Of a stretch of 64,000 nucleotides of DNA, positions 10,011 to 24,057 are shown in pieces. Source of the stretch: Malacoraja senta (Eukaryota); assembly GCA_038087875.1 (NCBI GenBank), contig JAXLNO010002694.1, forward strand, positions 248,001 through 312,000, given 5' to 3'. The notes under the pieces were generated by a model, which worked only from the letters and a program-made list of their open reading frames with translations, was not told the DNA's origin and did no database searches. Both the position numbers and the translations under genes were made by a program. Position 1 is the stretch's first letter; the number at the start of each line of letters is the position of its first letter.

Positions 10011-12470
10011 GTGAGATTAGACAATAGACAATGGACAATTGGTGCAGGAGTAGGCCATTCGGCCCTTCGAGCCAGCACCGCCATTCAATTTGATCATGGC
10101 TGATCATCCCCAATCAGTACCCCGTTCCTGGTTGTTCTGCAAAATGAGTTGGAAGTGACAGAGGAGTCTCAAATGTAGTCTAAACTTTGGTGTGGAGTGC
10201 TGTTCCTGGAGTACCCACTCAGCCACCCTTCACTCCAAGGGTTTACTTGCCTTGTAGTCCTGACCCATCGGTCACTCTGTTAACTTGGGCGGCACGGTGG
10301 CGCAACAGCAGAGTTGCTGCTTTACAGCGCCAGAGACCCAGGTTCGATTCTAACTGCGGGTGCTGTCTGTATGGAGTTTGTACGTTCTCCCCGTGACCTA
10401 CGTGGGCTTTCTCCGAGATCTTCGGTTTCTTCCCACACTCCAAAGGCATACAGGTTTGTAGGCTCATTTGCTTGAAATAATTGTAAATTATCCCTAGTGT
10501 GTGTAGGATAGTATTAATGTGCGGGGATCGCTGGTCGGCGTGGACTTGCTTGTTTCTGCGCTGTATCTTTAAATTAAACTAAAATCATCCCCCATTTGAA
10601 ATATCAATGTGCATCACCCTCACTGCGACCTCGTAGGTGTGCCCTTGAAGTTCAGGTTTGTTATTCTCACCCTCATTTCTGCACCATTCACCCCCACTGC
10701 TACACTGTTATAGCAGTGCATTTGGAAAGCAGTGACAGGAAGGATTTATGAAGGGGAAGTCATGCTTGACTCTCCTTCTGGAATGTTTTGAGGATGTAAC
10801 AAATAGAATGGATAAGTGAGAGCCAGTGGACGTGGTGTATCTGGACTTTCAAAAACCCTTTGACCAGGTCCCACACAAGAGATTAGTGTGCAAAATTAGA
10901 GCACATGTTATTGGCGGTAGGGTATTGACATGGATAGAGAACTGGTTGGCAGACAGGAAGTAAAGAGTAGGAATTAACGGGTCCTATACAGGATCGCAGG
11001 CAGTGACTAGTGTGGTGCCGCAAGGCGCAGTGCTGGGACCACAGTTATTTACAATATATATTAACGATTTAGACTAAGGAATTAAATCTAACATCTCCAA
11101 GTTTGTGGATGAAACAAAGCTGGGTGGCAGTGTGAGCTGTGAGGAGGATGCTATGAGGCTGCAGGGCGACTTGGATAGGTTGGGTGAGGGAGCAGATGCA
11201 TGGCAGATGCAGTATAATGTGGATACATGTGAGGTTATCCACTTTGGTGGCAAGAACAAGGCAGATTATTATCTGAATGGTGTCAGATTAGGAAAAGGGG
11301 AAGTGCACGAGACCTGGGTGTCCTTTTACATCAGTTTTACCTTCGATTTTCCAGCATCTGCAGTTCCTTCTTTAACACTGGAAATAAGTATGCAGGCGCA
11401 GCAGGCAGTGAAGAAAGCTAATTGTATGTTGCCTTCATTACAAGAGGTTTTGAGTTTAGGAGCAAGGAGGTCCTACTGCAGTTGTACAGGGCCCTGGTGA
11501 GACCACACCTTGAATATTGTGTGCAATTTTGGTCTCATAATTTGAGGAAGGACATTATTGCTATTGAGGAAGTGCAGCATAGGTTTACCATGTTAATTCC
11601 CAGGATGGCGGCACTGACATATGATGAAAGAATGGGTTGACTGGGCTTGTATTCACTGAAATTTAGAAGGATGAGAGGGCATCTTATAGAAACATATAAA
11701 ATTCTTAAAGGATTGGACAGGCTAGATGCATGAAACATGTTCCCGATGTTTGGGGAGTCCAGAACCAGGGGTCACGGATTAAGAATAACGGGTAGGCCAT
11801 TTAGGACTGAGATGAGGAAGGGCCTGCTTCCGCGTTGTATCTCTAAATTCAAATAAAATTAAATGCTTTCACAGAGTGGTTTCCATTTATGAGAAGCGTA
11901 TAAATAGAAGCCGTCACTAAATCACATTCAGCAGCAAATGCGGTTGCAAATTTAGCAGAAATCCTTCAACCCACAAGAGTCAAAGAGTGATACAGTGTGG
12001 AAACAGGCCCTTCGGCCCAACTCGCCCACACTGCCCAACATGCCCTAGCTACACTGGTCCCATCTGCCTGCGCTTGGTCCATATACCTCCAAACTTGTCC
12101 TATCCATGTACCTGTATAACTATTTCTTAAACGTTGGGATAGTCCCAGCCTCAACTATCTTCTCTGGTAGTTTGTTCCATACACCCACCACCCACTGTGT
12201 GAAAAAGTTACCCCTCAGATTCCTATTGAATCCTTTCCCCTTCACCTTGAGCCTATGTCCTCTGGTCCTCGATTCCCCTACTCTGGGCAAGAGACTCTGT
12301 GCATTTACCCGATCTATTCCTCTCATGATTTTATACACCTCAATAAGATCACCCCTCATCCTCCTGCGCTCCAAGGAATAGAGACCCAGCCTACTCAACC
12401 TCTCCCTATAGCTCACACCCTCTAGTCCTGGCAACATCCTCGTAAATCTTCTTTGAACCCTTTCAAGCTT

Positions 12471-15300
12471 ATAGATACATAGAAAATAGGTGCAGGAGTA
12501 GGCCATTCGGCCCTTCAAGCCTGCACAGCCATTCAATATGATCATGGCTGATCATCCAACTCAGTATCCCGTACCTGCCTTCTCTCCATACCCCCTGATC
12601 CCTTTAGCCACAAGGGCCACATCTAACTCCCTCTTAAATATTGCCAATGAACTGGCCTCAACTACCCTCTGTGGCAGAGAGTTCCAGAGATTCACCACTC
12701 TCTGTGTGAAAAAGTTTTTTCTCATCTCGGTCTTAAAGGATTTCCCCCTTATCCTTAAGCTGTGACCCCTTGTCCTGGACTTCCCCAACATCGAGAACAA
12801 TCTTCCTCCATCTAGCCTGTCCAACCCCATTAGAATTTTGTAAGTTTCTATAAGATCCCCTCTCAATCTCCTAAATTCTAGCGAGTATAAGCCAAGTCTA
12901 TCCAGTCTTTCTTCATATGAAAGTCCTGACATCCCAGGAATCAGTCGGCTGAACCTTCTCTGCACTCCCTCTATGGCTATAATGTCCTTCCTCAGATTTG
13001 GAGACCAAAACTGTACGCAATACTCCAGGTGTGGTCTCACCAAGACCCTGTACAACTGCAGTAGAACATCCCTGCTCCTATACTCAAATCCTTTTGCTAT
13101 GAAAGCTAACATACCATTCGCTTTCTTCACTGCCTGCTGCACCTGCATGCCTACTTTCAATGACTGGTGTACCATGACACCCAGGTCTCGCTGCATCTCC
13201 CCTTTTCCTAATCGGCCACCATTTAGATAATAGTCTGCTTTCCTGTTTTTGCCACCAAAGTGGATAACCTCACATTTATCCACATTATACTGCATCTGCC
13301 AAACATTTGCCCACTCACCCAGCCTATCCAAGTCACCTTGCAGTCTCCTAGCATCCTCCTCACAGCTAACACTGCCCCCCAGCTTAGTGTCATCCGCAAA
13401 CTTGGAGATGTTGCCTTCAATTCCCTCATCCAGGTCATTAATATAAATTGTAAATAGCTGGGGTCCCAGCAGTGAGCCTTGCGGTACCCCACTAGTCACT
13501 GCCTGCCATTGTGAAAAGGACCTTACTCCTACTCTTAGCATCCTGTTTGCCAGCCAGTTCTCTATCCACATCAATACTGAACCCCCAATACCGTGTGCTT
13601 TAAGTTTGTATACTAATCTCTTATGTGGGACCTTGTCGAAAGCCTTCTGAAAGTCCAGATACAACACATCCACTGGTTCTCCCCTATCCACTCTACTAGT
13701 AACATCCTCGAAAAATTCTATAAGATTCGTCAGACAATGATTTACCTTTCGTAAATCCATGCTGACTTTGTCCAATGATTTCACCACTTTCCAAATGTGC
13801 TGCTATCCCATCTTTAATAACTGACTCTAGCAGTTTCCCCACTACCGATGTTAGACTAACTGGTCTGTAATTCTCCGTTTTCTCTCTCCCTCCCTTCTTA
13901 AAAAGTGGGGTTACGTTTGCTACCCTCCAATCCTCAGGAACTACTCCAGAATCTAAAGAGTTTTGAAAAATTATCACTAATGCATCCACTATTTCTGGAG
14001 CTACTTCCTTAACTACTCTGGGATGCAGCCTATCTGGCCCTGGTGATTTATCGGCCTTTAATCCATTCAATTTACCCAACACCACTTCCCGACTAACCTG
14101 GATTTCACTCAGTTCCTCCATCTCCTTTGACCCGCGGCCCCCTGCTATTTCCGGCAGATTATTTATGTCTTCCTTAGTGAAGACGGAACCAAAGTAGTTA
14201 TTCAATTGGTCCGCCATAGCCTTGTTCCCCAAGATCAATTCACCTGTTTCTGACTGCAAGGGACCTACATTTGTTTTAACTAATCTCTTTCTCTTCACAT
14301 ATCTATAAAAACTTTTGCAGTCAGTTTTTATGTTCCCTGCCAGTTTTCTTTCTTAATCTATTTTCCCTTTCCTAATTAAGCCCGTTGTCCTCCTCTGCTG
14401 GTCTCTGAATTTCTCCCAGTCCTCTGGTATGCTGCTTTTTCTGGCTAATTTGTACGCATCATCTTTTGCTTTGATACTATCCCTGATTTCCCTTGTTATC
14501 CACGGATGCACTACCTTCCCTGATTTATTCTTTTGCCAAACTGGGATGAACAATTTTTGTAGTTCATCCATGCAGTCTTTAAATGCCTTCCATTGCATAT
14601 CCACCGTCAACCCTTTAAGAATCAATTGCCAGTCTATCTTGGCCAATTCACGTCTCATACCCTCAAAGTTACCTTTCTTTAAGTTCAGAACCGTTGTTTC
14701 TGAATTAACAATGTCACTCTCCATCCTAATGAAGAACTCAACCATATTATGGTCACTCTTGCCCAAGGGGCAGGCACAACAAGACTGCTAACTAACCCTT
14801 CCTCATTACTCAATACCTAGTCTAGAATAGCCTGCTCTTTCGTTGGTTCCTCTACATGTTGGTTTAGATAACTATCCCACATACATTCCAAGAAATCCTC
14901 TTCCTCAGCACCCCTGCCAATTTGATTCACCCAATCTATATGTAGATTGAAGTCACCCATTATAACTGTTTTGCCTTTGTTGCACGCATTTCTAATTTCC
15001 TGTTTGATGCCATCCCCAACTTCACTACTACTGTTAGGTGGCGTGTACACAACACCCACCAGCGTTTTCTGCCCCTTAGTGTTTCGCAGCTCTACCCATA
15101 CCGATTCCACATCCTCCAAGCTAATGTCCTTCCTTTCCAGTGCGTTAATCTCCTCTCTAACCAGCAACGCTACCCCACCTCCTTTTCCTTTTCTCTATCC
15201 CTCCTGAATATTGAATATCCCTAGATGTTCAGCTCCAAGCCTTGGTCACCCTGGAGCCATGTCTCCGTGATCCCAACTATATCATAATCATTAATAGCTA
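12471..15300 (-). mobile_element. Young CR1 LINE with most of ORF2 (endonuclease + RT)
   Basis: EN motifs (LVGVVY, IMGDFN, SDH) at 14353-15167; RT ORF 12561-13787 (YLDFQKAFDKVPH, GVPQGS, FADD); 3' UTR and (CATAGA..) tail. A few stops and frameshifts. Confidence 0.95.
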
Positions 15301-18049
15301 TTAATAACTTTCCTATAACATGGTGCCGGAACTGAATACAATACTCTAGATGCGGTCTCACCATCGTCTTATACAACTGCAACATGACCTCCCAACTTCT
15401 CTACTCAATACTCTGACTGATGAAGGCCAATGTGCCAAAAGCCTGTTTGACAACCTTCTCTACCTGCGTCTCAACCTTCAAGGAACCATGCACCTGTACT
15501 CCTAGATCCCTCTGCTCCACAACACTCCCCAGAGTCCTACCATTCACTGTGTAGGTCCTGCCCTTGTTTGACGTCCCAAAATGCAACATCACACATTTCT
15601 CTCTATTAAATTCCATCAACTATTCTTCAGCCCACCTAGCCAATCAATCAAGATCCTGCTGCAATCTTTCACAGCCATCTTCACTATCTGCAAGAGCAGT
15701 GAGTGTTTGGAAGTGCCCCCCAACAGGAGCTGGTAGGTGGATTTTTGTAGATAAGTTCATACGGTATAGAAATAGAATTAGGCAATTCGGCCCATGGAGT
15801 CATACCTGATCTACCTTGCCCACATAATCCCATTCTCCCCGTACCTTTTGATGCCCTTACTAATCAAGAACCTATCAATCTCTGCTTTAAAAATACCCAA
15901 TAATGGGCTCCACTTCCGTCCATGGCAATTAATTCCATGGATTCACCACCCTCTGGCTAAAGAAATTCCTCCTCATCTCCATTCTAAAGGTACGTCCTTT
16001 GATTCTGAGGCCGTGCCATTTGTTTCTGGACTCTCCCACTGGTGGAAACATCATCTGCACATCCACTCTATCCAGGCCTTTCAATATTTGGTATGTTTCA
16101 ATGAGTTTCCCCCTTATCCTTCTGAACTCCAGCGAGTAGAGGCCCAGAGCTGTCAAATGCTCTTCGTAACAATCATCCAATAACCCAATCATCCCACCCG
16201 GGTCATTCTCGTAAACCTCCTTTGGATCCTCTCCAACGCCAGCTGGATGGTTTAAGGGAAGACTGACAAGACAAGACAAGACAAGAGACATTTATTGTCA
16301 CATGCACCAATTCGTAGAGTGACATTTGGGGTCACCATATAGCCATACGAGTAAAAGAAGTACACAACACACGATAGACTTTAACATAAAACATCCCACA
16401 CAGTGGAAACAAAGTTTTCCCACTGTGAGGGAAGACACCAAAGTTCAGTCATCTTCCTCTGATGTTCTTTGATGTTCACCCGTGGTTGGGGCCTCCCGAG
16501 CCCTCCGCAAGCCCAATGTTCAAGCCCTCTCGCCGGGATGATGGAACTCCGACGTCGGAACGGGAGAACATCCTCAGCGGCTTGGAGGTCCGAATCGGCC
16601 ACTTCCTACCACGGCTCCCGAAGTTCACAGGCCGAGCTGGGTGGAGATTCACACTGGCGGCCTTCGCCAAAGGGATCCCAGGCCTCTGCGATGTTGAAGT
16701 CAGCGCTAGAAGCTCCGCAAACCACAGCTACACGATGTTGAAGCAGCAGGCCCAACACTCCGGAGCTTCAAACGGCGATACCAGGTAAGGCATCGCCCGC
16801 TCCGCGATGAATCCAGTGCTGCTCCGCCGCTGAAGCTCTGGTCCGGTCTCCGGCAAGAAAGACCGCGCCAATCCAGTTGGTAGGCAGCGGGGGAAGGGGG
16901 GGGGGGCGAGGATGCGACTCAGAGAATAGTCGCATCCTCATCACGAAGTGGCTGGGAAACAGATTCCCCCTTACCCTGCCCACCTCCCCCACATAAAAAT
17001 ACTAAGTACAGTGAGATTAGACAATGGACAATAGGTGCAGGAGCAGGCCATTCGGCCCTTCGAGCCAACACCGCCATTCAATGTGATCATGGCTGATCAT
17101 CCCCAATCAGTACCCTGTCCCTGGTTGTTCTGCAAAAAGAGTTGGAAGTGACAGAGGAGTCTCAAATGTAGTCTAAACTTTGGTGTGGAGTGCTGTTCCT
17201 GGAGTACCCACTCAGCCACCCTTCACTCCAAGGGTTTGCTTGCCTTGTAGTCCTGACCCATCGGTCACTCTGTTAACACGGGCGGCACGGTGGCGCAACA
17301 GCAGAGTTGCTGCCTCACAGCGCCAGAGACCCGGGTTCGATTCTAACTGCGGGTGCTGTCTGTGCGGAGTTTTACGTTCTCCCCCTGACCTACGTGGGCT
17401 TTCTCCGAGATCTTCGGTTTCCTCCCACACTCCAAAGGCGTACAGGTTTGTAGGCTCATTTACTTGAAATAATTGTAAATTATCCCAAGTGTGTGTAGGA
17501 TAGTATTAATGTGTGGGGATCGCTGGTCGGCGTGAACTTGCCTGTTTCTGCGCTGTATCTTTAAACTAAACTAAAAACATCCCCCATTCCAAATATCAAT
17601 GTGCATCACACTGACTGCGACCTCGTAGGTGTGCCCTTTAAGTTCAGGTTTATTATTGTCACTCCTCACACTCACTTCTGCACCATTCACCCTCACTACT
17701 ACACTGCCTCACTGCTTCATGCAGACCCACACCTCCAGCAGCTCACTCCCACATTATAGTTTGTCATAGAGTCATGCAGCACGAAAAGAGGCCCTTCAGC
17801 CCATCAGGCCCATATTATCCACGAGTACCCAGTTACACAACCCTTACATTTCTATTTTACTTCCCATGCTCTCCCATCCCGTCCAGCCTGATCCCACCCC
17901 TCACTTGGGGCAATTTACAGAGGTTAATTCACCCACCGACCCACACACCTCTTTGGGATGTGGGAGGAAACCGGAGCACCTGGAGGAAACCCACGTGGTC
18001 ACAGGGAGAACGTGAAAACTCCGCATCCTGAGCAGCAGTGGTTTAATTT

Positions 18050-18830
18050 AGTTTATTTTATTTTATTGTTGTCACGTGTACCGTGGTACACTGAAAAACT
18101 TTTTGTTGCGTGCTATCCAGTCAAAGAAAAGACTATACATGATTGCAATCAAGCCGCAATCTGCAATTGTACAGATACAGGAAAAAGGGAATAACGTTCA
18201 GTGCAAAGTCCAATTAAAGATAGTCCAATGGTCTCCAATGAGGTAGACGGGAGGTCAGGACCGCTCTCGAGTTGGTCAGAGGATGATCCAGCTGCCTGAT
18301 AACAGCTGGGAAGAAACCGTCTCTGAAGCTGGAGGTATGCATTTTCAGAATTCTGTACGTCTTGCCCGATGGGAGAGGGGAGAAGAGGGAGTGTCCGGGG
18401 TGAGACTTTTTTTATTGTGTTGGCGGCCTTGCCGAGGCAGCGTGAAGTGTAGATGGAGTCAATGGAAGAGAGGTTGATTCTGCGATGGTCTGGGCTACGT
18501 CCACAACTCTCTATAATTTCTTGCCGTCTTGGATAGAGTTGCTTCCAACCATACTGCGATGCATCCTGATAAAATGCTTTCCATGAGAAATCTGTAGAAG
18601 TTGGTGAGGATTGTTGGAGACACGCCAAATTTCCTAAGCCTTCTAAGGAAGTTGGTGTGCTTTCTTACTCGTTGCTCGATGTGACTGATCAAGGACAAAT
18701 TTCTCGTGAGAATTATTTCTAAGAACTGGAAGCTTTCGACCATCTCTATTTCGGTGCATTCAATATACTGGGGTGTGTGCACTGCTTTGCTCCATGAAGC
18801 CAATCACAATCTCCTTTGTCTTGCTGATAT
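18050..18830 (-). mobile_element. Rex1/Babar-type LINE 3' fragment
   Basis: VESFQFL...FLRRLRKFGVSPTILTNFYR..ESILSGCIAVW and SRCLGKAA..HTLPLLPS motifs. Confidence 0.75.
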
Positions 18831-19161
18831 TGGCGGAGTGGTTGTAATCTTGGCACCATGTCGTAAGTGATAGGAGCAGAATTAGGCCATTCGGCCCATC
18901 AAGTCTACACCATTCAATCATGGCTGATCTATCTCTCCCTCCTAACTCCATTCTTCTGCCTTCTCCCCATAACCTCTGACACCCGTACTAATCAAAAATC
19001 TATCTATCTCTAGCTTAAAAATATCCACTGATTTGACCTCCACAGCCTTCTGCGGCAAAGAATCCCACAGATTCACCAACCTCTGACTATAGAAATTTCC
19101 CCTCATCTCCTTCTTAAAAGAACGTCCTTTAATTCTGAGGCTATGACCTCTAGTCCTAGAC

Positions 19162-19341
19162 CAGTGGTTCTTAACCTTTTTGGCACCAGTACACGCATAC
19201 TGTATGTGGTATGTACTTTTGTTAGGTTCCTAAACATGGGCTCAACAAATTGATATGTTATTTGTGTTCCCTTTATTACCCCTGGCAAAGCCCCAAATGA
19301 CCTCCAAAGGGGGGTCACGACCCCCAGGTTAAGAACCACTG
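19162..19341. mobile_element. hAT (Buster/Charlie) MITE, 180 bp
   Basis: 15-bp TIRs CAGTGGTTCTTAACC / GGTTAAGAACCACTG; perfect 8-bp TSD TCCTAGAC (19154-19161, 19342-19349); nested in a CR1 fragment. Confidence 0.92.
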
Positions 19342-19642
19342 TCCTAGACTCTCGCACTCGTGGAAACATCCTCTCCACATCCACTCTACCCATGCCTTTC
19401 ATTATTCTGTATGTTTCAATGAGGTCCCCCCTCATTCTTCTAATCTCCAGCGAGTACAGGCCCAGTGCCGACAAACGCTCATCATAGGTTAACCTACTCA
19501 TTTTGTGATCATTTTTGTATGGGGGTTCTCAATCTCCTTCATGTACTCTGTTTCGTCATTATTTGATATGCGGCCCACTACGGTGGTGTCGTCTGCGAGC
19601 TTGTATATTGAGTTGCATTGGTATTAGACTGCACAGTCATGA

Positions 19643-20338
19643 CAGGGCCGCGTAACGCATGGGCACACTGGGCAGTTGCCCGGGGCCCCACGAGCATAGG
19701 GGCCCCATGCTAATCTACGTATGTTGTGACTTGCGACGCGATGCAAAGTCCACGCCGCGCCCGCGGTTAGAAGCTCCGCAGACCGCGGCTTCAGGATGTC
19801 ATAGTCCACGGGCCAGCGATCTTCAGGATGTCGTGATCCGCGGGCCAGGGGACGGAGCTCTTCTTCTAGCAGCCCTTGGCAAGGGATCGCCCGGCTCTGC
19901 GCTGCTGAAGCTCTGGACCCGACTTCGGGAAAGGCCGCACCAAGCTGTTAGGCCGCGAGGGAGGCTGAAATGCAACTAGGAGAAAAGAGCTAAGTGACTA
20001 AAAAACAGTTTCCCCCAATTCCAGCCGCCACCCCACCACACTAAAACACACTGAAACACACTTTTAGACATACTAAAAACAAAAAAAAGTGGAAAGGATG
20101 AACAGCTGTTGGCGAGACTGCTGGCTCACGGTGCCACCCGTTGTTCAAACGTTTGTGTTGATTGATCTTTGCTGTACAGCATGTTTTTTAATGATTAAAC
20201 ACTGATTTTGTTGGAAGTACCAAGAAATGTTTAATTTTATCGACCATTTACATTTTGATTCCTGTGAGTGGTTGTGTGGGTTGGGGCCCCAGGGCACTGC
20301 TTTGCCCGGGGGCCTATAATGCTGTGAAGACGGCTCTG
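19643..20338. mobile_element. hAT non-autonomous element (CAGGGCCG-type TIR) with an internal insertion
   Basis: Ends CAGGGCCG... / ...AAGACGGCTCTG; perfect 8-bp TSD AGTCATGA (19635-19642, 20339-20346). Confidence 0.85.
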
Positions 20339-21591
20339 AGTCATGAGTGAAAAAGGAGAGAAGAAGGGGGCTGAGAATGCATTCTTGAGGGGCAGCAGTG
20401 TTGAAGGTTATCGTACGTAGAGGATGATTTGTCAGCTCTCCTCACTGATTGCGGTCTGTTGGTCAGGATGTCAAGGATCCAGAAGCAGCGGGGAAGTGCT
20501 GACTCCAAGTTTCGAGATGCATTTGGTTGGGATTACGGTATTGAAAGCAGAACCACTGTACGTGATTAGAAACTTCCTGCATCCAACCCCTGGCTTGGTT
20601 GCATTTCCTGTTTTAGTTTAGTTTATTTTAGAAATACAACGCCGGAACAGGCTGTTTGCTGTTTGCAGGTGAGAACGAGAAGCTGGTGTGACTTGGGTGA
20701 GGGAAGGATGGATCCTCTCTTGGGGGAGGGAGGGTTGGAGCCTTCTGCACCCTCTCCAAAATCTGCACATGCTGCCCGTGATGGGGCGACCAGAACTGTA
20801 CGCAGAATAAAGTAGGATTACTATTGATTAGTGCATGTGGGTGGTTGATTGTCAGCACAAGCTTAGTGGGCTGAAGGGTCTGTTTCTGTGCGGTATCTCT
20901 CTGTGATACCAAGGTGAGATGGTCGTAAGTGGGACGGAAGAACTGAGGAGAAAAATCAATTGTAGAAAATGAGAATAGTGGAAGCAGTGGTCTAATGGGA
21001 TTGTCCCTGCCTCAAGGTCCTGGGGTAAAGGTGCTGTATAGGTTTGGGACTAGTTTAGACTTTGCGTTAGACTTTAGAGATACAGTGCGTAAACAGGCCC
21101 TTTGGCCCATTGAGTCTGCACCGACCAGTGATCACCCCGTACCCAAGCGCTGTCCTACACACTAGGGACAATCTACAATTTTTTTTACCAATTAACTTAC
21201 AAACCTGCATATCTTTACAGTGTGGGAGGAAGCTGTAGCACTTGGAGAAAGCCTATGCGGTCACAGGGGGTATGTGCAAAGTCCATACAGACAGTAGCCA
21301 TAGTCAGGATGGAGCCTGGGTAAATGGCGCTGTAAGGTAGCAACTCTACTGCTGCGCCGCTGTGCTGCCCAATTCTACAGAAGGTTTTTGTCACCTGGCA
21401 TTGAAGTCACGCTTGTCCAAACAGGCGGCAAGGTGTTCAATGTTATCTGTGTTGGGTTTGCATGGTCACACAGTCACCAAACTCCACAGAGACAGCACTG
21501 GCAGCAACTCTGAAGAACATGGATAGGTGACGTTTTTTGGTTGAGACCCTTCTTCAGACACGAGACTGAGAGTCAGAAAAGATTCAAAAGT

Positions 21592-21624
21592 CTGAAGAAG
21601 GGTCTCCACCCGAAACGTCACCCA
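21592..21624 (+). ncRNA. Minimal hammerhead-like motif (GUC triplet) in a Penelope repeat
   Basis: CTGAAGA-A-GGGT-CTCC-ACCC-GAAAC-GTC-ACC; a degenerate inverted copy lies at ~21525-21560. Confidence 0.5.
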
Positions 21625-21899
21625 TTCCTTCTCTCCAGAGATGCTGCCGGTCCTGCTGAGTTACTCCAGCTTTTTGTGTCTATCTTCGGTTTAAACCAGC
21701 ATCTGCAGTTCCTTCCTACACATGTTCTCCAGACATGTGGCCTGACCCCCTGAGTTGCTCCCTCCACAACTTTGTGTCCTTTTTTGTGTCCTACCATACT
21801 TGTGCCAATGGCAATAAACCCAACTTCTGACTTGTGAATATCTTCTATCATAGTCTCCTGGTGCCGTTTGATTCCTCTAAACCTTCCGTCCCACAGCAG

Positions 21900-22030
21900 G
21901 GCAGCCTGAAGGACAGTTTCCTTTGTCATTTCCTTTCTACAAATCAAAGGCGTCACCATGGGAACTCCCGTGAGCCCCATCTACGCCTCCCTCTTCACAG
22001 ATACACAGAGTCGTACCTGTTTCAGACTGA
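21900..22030 (+). mobile_element. Penelope-like RT fragment
   Basis: Translates FLQIKGVTMGTPVSPIYASLF, the QxxGxxMG..SP motif of Penelope RTs. Confidence 0.7.
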
Positions 22031-22219
22031 AACAAGTATCTGCCTCATTTATTTGCGTCTGCTTGTTCTGCGTTCTGCTCTCAAATTCACTCTCACCAAC
22101 CACTGGAATCTGAGTAAACCTGTTAAACTAGTGGGAGGTAGTCGAAAATGTGACTTACCGTCAAGTGACAAAAGGGATAGGAGTCCGATGTTCAAACAAA
22201 AAATGATATCGTTAACTAA

Positions 22220-22995
22220 AGGGCCTGTCCCACTTGGGGGTCATTTGCACGTCATTTACGCGACATAATTTACGTGTCGTGACGTGCACGTGATGCGCGC
22301 ATGGTGCGCATTACGCGCGTGTGGTGCGTGGTGATAGAAACATAGAAACATAGAAAATAGGTGCAGGAGTAGGCCATTCGGCCCTTCGAGCCTGCACCGC
22401 CATTCAATATGATCATGGCTGATCATCCAACTCAGTATCCTGTACCTGCTTTCTCTCCATACCCCCTGATCCCTTTAGCAACAAGGGCCACATCTAACTC
22501 CCTCTTAAATATAGCCAATGAACTGGCCTCAACTACATTCTGTGGCAGAGAATTCAAGAGATTTACCACTCTCTGTGTGAAAAATGTTTTCCTCATCTCG
22601 GTCCTAAAAGATTTCCCCCTTATCCTTAAACTGTGACCCCTTGTTCTGGACTTCCCCAACATCGGGAACAATCTTCCTGCATCTAGCCTGTCCAACTCCT
22701 TAAGAATTTTGTACGTTTCTATAAGATCCCCCCTCAATCTTCTAAATTCTAGCGAGTACAAACCGAGTCTATCCAGTCTTTCTTCATATGAAAGTCCTGA
22801 CATCCCAGGAATCAGTCTGGTGAACCTTCTCTGTACTCCCTCTATGGCAAGAATGTCTTTCCTCAGATTGTAGGCAGTGACACGCGGTTGTGCGCAGCCC
22901 CCCAGGATTTTGGGATGTACAATACCTTTGCGCGCCATCTACGTGCCCAAGTGCGTGCCCATCTGCGCAAATGATGCCCAAGTGGGACAGGCCCT
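22220..22995. mobile_element. PIF/Harbinger-like MITE with a nested young CR1 3' end (22334-22869, minus)
   Basis: TIRs AGGGCCTGTCCCACTTGGG / CCCAAGTGGGACAGGCCCT; flanks TAA / TAT (TWA-like); CpG-rich interior. Confidence 0.7.
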
Positions 22996-24057
22996 TATAG
23001 ATGCAAGAACTGACATAACAATTTCAAATGCCACTGTCTCACAGTGCCAGAGACCAGGAACAAGGAAATGCAGATGCTGGTTATACCCCCAAAAAAACAC
23101 AAATTGCTGGAGTAACTCCACAAAATGCTGGATTTTTATGGGCGGCACTGTGGCGTAGCGGCCAGAGACTCGGGTTCCATCCTGACTACGAGCGCTGTCT
23201 GTACGGAGTTTGTACGATCTCCCCGTGACCTGCGTGGGTTTTCGCTGAGATCTTCGGTTTCCTCCCACACTCCAAAGATGTACAGATTTGTACGTTAATT
23301 CACTTGATATAAAATGTAAAATTGCCCCTAATGCGTGTAGAGTGCTGTTAATGTGCGGGGATCGCTGGTCAGTGTGGACTCGGTGGGCAGAAAGGCCTAT
23401 TTCCGTGCTGTATCTCTAAACTAAACTAAAACTAAAATTAGGTAGTGTCTCCGGAGATCATGGATAGGTGATGTTTCAGTTTAGGACTCCTTATTCAGAC
23501 TGATTGCAGTGGGGGCGGGTAAGAATGTAGAAAAAAAGGAAGATTGTGACCGGTAATTTAGTAATGGGTGATCACAGGCGAGGGGGTTGTCTGATAGGCA
23601 GAGACGAAAAGAATGGCGTAATTCCAGAAAGGATAAAAAGTTACGAATTGCGAAACCCAAGATTAGAAAAGGGGGTGGCACGGTGGCGCAGTGGTAGAAT
23701 TGCTGCCTTACAGTGCCAGAGACCCGGGTTTGATCCTGATCACGGGTGCTGTCTGTATGGAGTTTGCACGTTCTCCCCTTGACCACGTGGGATTTCTCCG
23801 AGATCTTCGGTTTCCTTCCACACTCCAAAGACGTACAGGTTTGTAGGTTAATTGGCTTGGAGTAAGTGTCCTTAGTGTGTGTAGGATAGTGTTAATGTGC
23901 GGGGATCGCTGGTCGGTGTGGACTCGGTGGCCTGCTGTACCTCTAATGAAAATATTTGTTTTCACGTAGCTAATTATTGATCCAATTCAAGGGATGCGGG
24001 GGGGGGAAGAAACCAATGAAAGGTGAATTAGGGGTCAAGGGAGTGGGAGCGAGGGAA

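Noticed and set aside
12538-12765. Recurring 75-aa ORF MIMADHPTQYPVPAF... (five or more copies)
   Set aside because: It is the antisense translation of the CR1 3' end, not a gene family.
22130-22216. Minus-strand GTAAGT donor-like site
   Set aside because: The upstream frame (with the MITE removed) hits a stop in the frame tested, and there is no acceptor or homology support.
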